Assembly (NCBI GenBank): GCA_965223905.1
Contig: CBDCXV010000002.1
Span: forward strand, 416,001-480,000
Length of the DNA: 64,000 nucleotides
Direction of reading: 5' to 3'
Source of the DNA: Candidatus Latescibacterota bacterium
GTDB lineage: Bacteria; Latescibacterota; UBA2968; UBA8231
Shown here: in pieces, positions 60,426-64,000 of the stretch
Layout of the letters: each line of letters begins with the position of its first letter
Position numbering within the stretch: position 1 is the first letter of the stretch
Notes under the pieces: generated by a model
Told to the model about the DNA's origin: nothing
What the model saw: the letters and a program-made list of their open reading frames with translations, nothing else
The model's database searches: none
Position numbers and translations under genes: made by a program

Positions 60426-61232
60426 ATGGCCATGACCGAAGAAGAACGCTTCCGCTTCGACCTCACCGGCTTCCTGGTGCGTCCCGCCATCCTCACCCCG
60501 GACCAGGTCGCCGCCATCGTCGATCAGATCGACCGCATCAAGCACGACCCCGGATCGCTGCCGCCCGAGCACCGCGACGTGCCCGGCGGCCCGGCCAGCA
60601 TACTGATCGACCATCCCCGGGTGGTCGACGTGATCCGCGAGGTGATCGGACCCGACATCCGGCTGGAGGGTTGCGGCTGCGTCTGGCGCAGGAAGGGGGA
60701 GGCGCACGGCCAGCTGCACGGGGGCGGCCCCGGCCAGGCCGATCCCATCTTCGGCTACCGCGTGAAGAACGGGCGCATCCACGCCGGCATGGTGCGGGTG
60801 ATTTTCGAGCTGACCGACATCGCCCTGGAAGATCAGAGCACCCATTTCCTCATCGGCAGCCACAAGTCCGAATTCCCCATGCACGAAGACCACCTGTCGC
60901 TGGAGGAGGGCAAGCGCAGCCCCTTTCTCACCACGTACGCCTGCCCGGCCGGCAGCGCCGTTTTCTTCACCGAGAACCTGTGCCACGCCGGACCGGTGTG
61001 GCGCCGCGACACCCCGCGCGTCACCATCCTCCACGCCTACTCGCACCTGGCCACCCACTGGCACCGGCTGAAGATCCCCCCGGCGGTGCTGCGCGGCCTG
61101 CCGCGCGAGAAGCAGGCCTATTTCCGCCAGCCCTGGATCGCCGACTTCCGCACCGACCCGGCGACCCACAACACCGCGGAGCGCTTCCTGGGCAACGAGG
61201 AAGCGCCCATCGACACGGACCATACGCCCTGA
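60426..61232 (+). CDS. PhyH-family Fe/2OG enzyme
   Basis: FDLTGFLV, GSHK, AGSAVFFTENLCHAG, R; first motif HGG. Confidence 0.85.
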   Translation: MAMTEEERFRFDLTGFLVRPAILTPDQVAAIVDQIDRIKHDPGSLPPEHRDVPGGPASILIDHPRVVDVIREVIGPDIRLEGCGCVWRRKGEAHGQLHGGGPGQADPIFGYRVKNGRIHAGMVRVIFELTDIALEDQSTHFLIGSHKSEFPMHEDHLSLEEGKRSPFLTTYACPAGSAVFFTENLCHAGPVWRRDTPRVTILHAYSHLATHWHRLKIPPAVLRGLPREKQAYFRQPWIADFRTDPATHNTAERFLGNEEAPIDTDHTP

Positions 61233-61345
61233 GGCGGTAGTGCCTGCGCGCGTAGGCAAGCGTACGAACGAGGGCGCCGTGAGCCGGGATTGAGGGGAAG
61301 AATCGCACAGATGAAGGGGTTTGGATTGAAACCGCGATTTACCCC

Positions 61346-61500
61346 TCAAGGTGCAGCGGCGGCCACCGCCACCAGTCCGATTCCGGCGGCCCATCCCACG
61401 TCGATGACGCCGGCGTCTCCCGGCGCCGCTGCAGCCAATACAGCGCGGCCATGACCGCCATGGCCGCCGGCAGGCTCCAGGCCAGTACGCCGACACGGCC
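61346..61500 (-). pseudogene. N-terminal remnant of a DUF1295 membrane protein
   Basis: WLQRRR, frameshift, DAGVIDVGW; the usual neighbour of cfa-like genes. Confidence 0.55.
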
Positions 61501-61502
61501 GC

Positions 61503-62789
61503 TTAAACCTGGCCGTGGAGGATCTCGGGCAACTGCGCGGAGCGCCGGTTGGCGGGCCGGGCGAGGAGCATCTGCACGTCGGAGATGTAGCGCTCTTCGA
61601 AACCGCCGATGCAGTAGGAAAAATAGAAGTCCCACGTGCGCATGAATTCCTCGGAAAACCCAAGTTGTCGCACTCGCTCTTCGGCGTCCCGAAAACGCGC
61701 CCGCCAGGCCCTCAGGGTGCGGGCGTAGTGGGGCCCGATGTCCTCGAGATGCACCGGGCGCATGTCGGTTGCCGCGGCCAGCGAGCTGTGGATGGTCGCC
61801 AGCGACGGAATGCAGCTGCCCGGAAAGATGTAGGCCTTGATGAAATCGACGGAGCGGCGCGCCCGCTCGTAGGCCCAGTCGCCGATGACGATGGCCTGCA
61901 ACAGCATCAGGCCCTCCGGTTTGAGCAGGCGGGAGCAACAGCCGAAAAAGGTGTCGAAGTAGTGGTGGCCGACCGCTTCGATCATCTCTATGGAGACCAG
62001 CTTGTCGTACTGCCCCTGCAGGTCGCGGTAGTCGGACAGCACCACCTCCACCCGCTCATCGAGGCCGGCGTCGCGCACCCGTTGGCGCGCCAGGTCGCGC
62101 TGCTCCCGGGAAATGGTCGCCGTGGTCACGCGGCAGCCGTACTCGCGGGCCGCGTGCAGGGCGAAACCGCCCCATCCCGTGCCGATCTCCAGAAGGTGGT
62201 CCTCGGGCGCCAGGGCGAGCTTCCTGCAGATCCGGTCAACCTTGTAGCGGGAGGCCTCCTCCAGGGAACTGTCCGGCCGCGGGAACAGGGCGCTCGAATA
62301 CATCAGGTTGTCGTCGAGGAAGAGGCGGAAGAAGTCGTTGCTCAGATCGTAGTGGGCGGCGATGTTGCGCCGGCTGCCCCGGAGCGTATTGCGCTTGAGG
62401 GCATGCCCCAGCCTTCGCGCGGGCGCGGCCAGCCGTACCCAGCCCCGCTCGCGCCGATGCATCGACTCCATGTTGGCCACTGCCAACCGGCACATCGCCG
62501 GCAGGTCGTCGCAGCTCCACCACCCCTGTATATAGCCTTCGGCCGCGCCGATGGTTCCCCCCAAGGCCAGGGCGCGGAAGAACCGCGGATGATGGACCTG
62601 CAAAACCACTTCGGGGCCGTCTTCTGTCCGCCCCAGGGTGCGCTGCCGTTCCCCTTCGACCAGGCGGATCGCCCCGCCCCGCAAGTTCTGCAATTGCCCC
62701 AACACCATCCGCCGCGCCCAGCGATCCGTCCAGCCGCCCGGGCCTGGGGCCCGGTTTTCAGCTGCGGGAGAGAGAGCCATGTGCGACAT
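61503..62789 (-). CDS. cfa: Cyclopropane-fatty-acyl-phospholipid synthase family methyltransferase
   Basis: NIAAHYDLSN.FF, LLEIGTGWG, SIEMIEAVG, YIFPG, HYARTL. Confidence 0.9.
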   Translation of the reverse strand: MSHMALSPAAENRAPGPGGWTDRWARRMVLGQLQNLRGGAIRLVEGERQRTLGRTEDGPEVVLQVHHPRFFRALALGGTIGAAEGYIQGWWSCDDLPAMCRLAVANMESMHRRERGWVRLAAPARRLGHALKRNTLRGSRRNIAAHYDLSNDFFRLFLDDNLMYSSALFPRPDSSLEEASRYKVDRICRKLALAPEDHLLEIGTGWGGFALHAAREYGCRVTTATISREQRDLARQRVRDAGLDERVEVVLSDYRDLQGQYDKLVSIEMIEAVGHHYFDTFFGCCSRLLKPEGLMLLQAIVIGDWAYERARRSVDFIKAYIFPGSCIPSLATIHSSLAAATDMRPVHLEDIGPHYARTLRAWRARFRDAEERVRQLGFSEEFMRTWDFYFSYCIGGFEERYISDVQMLLARPANRRSAQLPEILHGQV

Positions 62790-63094
62790 GGGTTTTTCCT
62801 TTAACAACAACTTGGGATGAGGGTGAACGGGACAGCGCTTGAGCCAAAGTTTAAGAGCCTGCCAGTGAATGGCGCCAATGACTTTTGTCGTCAGCAGCGG
62901 ATCGTCTCCCGTCGCGTAGAGCTCGATAAAGTCGCGGCAGGGCCCCCCGAGCAGAGGTACGATGCACAGGGCGCCTGTTTGAAGTGGTGACTTCCCGTCC
63001 TAATTTGGCGCGCGCCGGATGCTGAAACCGGCGGCGACATCCATAGCGAGTCGAGAGTTCCGGACACAGCCGACCGGAGGGAGTGACTGGTTTT

Positions 63095-64000
63095 ATGAAG
63101 ATCACCGACATCGAGGTCATCTCGTTCCGCAGCACGACGCGGCAACGACCGCACAAGTGGGGGTACGGCGTGCTGGGAGAAGAGCGCGAAAGCACCGACG
63201 CCATCACCCGCATAACGACCGACGAAGGGTTGGAAGGGTACATGGTGGGCGGCGACCGGCGCTACATCGAGGGACCGGTGAAACGGATGCTCGTCGGCGA
63301 GGACCCCCTCAACCGCGAGCAGCTGTGGAACTGGATGGATCAGCTGACCACCTTCGGCCACGGCCTTCCGGAACACGTTGCCGGCACCGTGGACTGCGCC
63401 CTGTGGGACCTGCTGGGACGCCTGGCGGGACTGCCGGTCAGCAAGCTGCTGGGCGGCGCCAGGGAGCGGGTCAAGGCGTATGCGAGCACGTATCCGAACA
63501 TGGGCGAACCCGACCTCTACGCCGAGCACGCCGCCGCGTGCAGGCGGCAGGGATACAAGGCCTACAAGGTGCATGCCTACATATGCTGGAATCCCCGGAC
63601 GTGGGAACCTGCCCCGCAGGTGCCGGGATTCCCCCGGGAGGACGTCGAGGTCTGCAAGGCCGTGCGCGAGGCGGTCGGCGACGACATGGTGTTGATGCTG
63701 GATCCGTTCGGCGTCTACACCGCGGAGCAGGCCCTGTGGGTAGGGCGCGAGCTGGAGAAGCTCGGGTACTACTGGTTGGAGCACCCGATGATCGAGACGC
63801 GCATGGAGCCGTACCGCCGCCTGACCCGAGAGCTCGACATTGCCGTGCTGGCGCCCGAGCACGTTCCGGGAGGAGTCTTCACCCGCGCCGAGTGGGTGCT
63901 TCAGGGGGCGTCGGACATGCTGCGTATCGACCACAACTACGGCGGTATCTCCGGGTCCTGGAAGATGGCCAACGTGGCACAGGCGTTCGGACTGCAGTGC
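63095..64000 (+). CDS. Mandelate racemase/enolase-superfamily protein (runs off window end)
   Basis: MKITDIEV, VDCALWDLLG, KAYKVH, LMLDP, WLEHP; not in ORF track because no stop lies in the window. Confidence 0.88.
   Translation, partial: MKITDIEVISFRSTTRQRPHKWGYGVLGEERESTDAITRITTDEGLEGYMVGGDRRYIEGPVKRMLVGEDPLNREQLWNWMDQLTTFGHGLPEHVAGTVDCALWDLLGRLAGLPVSKLLGGARERVKAYASTYPNMGEPDLYAEHAAACRRQGYKAYKVHAYICWNPRTWEPAPQVPGFPREDVEVCKAVREAVGDDMVLMLDPFGVYTAEQALWVGRELEKLGYYWLEHPMIETRMEPYRRLTRELDIAVLAPEHVPGGVFTRAEWVLQGASDMLRIDHNYGGISGSWKMANVAQAFGLQC

Overview
GC-rich bacterial window that reads as a mosaic of catabolic genes, mobile-element debris and gene shards. Five PhyH-type Fe/2OG dioxygenase genes, an ankyrin protein, enolase-superfamily genes and a secreted protein ending in a TTWGRVK motif suggest (inference only) a Latescibacterota/Poribacteria-like host-associated organism. 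Main contents: (1) 1-4751, a lower-GC island with an IS1595 transposase flanked on both sides by multi-hairpin elements, abutting a truncated type I RM locus (hsdM); (2) a second lower-GC island at ~10.6-12.6 kb with an integrase fragment; (3) a stand-alone A-T-R NRPS-like reductase; (4) a candidate undescribed defence/TA operon: MqsR-like toxin, MqsA-like antitoxin with a C-terminal tail, and KGGVGR MinD/ParA-TPR ATPase, followed by an HNH nuclease; (5) a MacAB-type exporter plus sigma54 two-component operon with a clear -24/-12 promoter and paired enhancer palindromes; (6) two 440-bp IS91/ISCR-like end copies bracketing 1.5 kb of foreign-looking DNA (icd 3' fragment and AAA ATPase 5' fragment), inside a larger segmental duplication; (7) an ATPase/PD-(D/E)XK gene coupled to an HExxH peptidase gene. 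No tRNA, rRNA or CRISPR array was recognised. All family calls come from motif recognition by eye; no database search was run.
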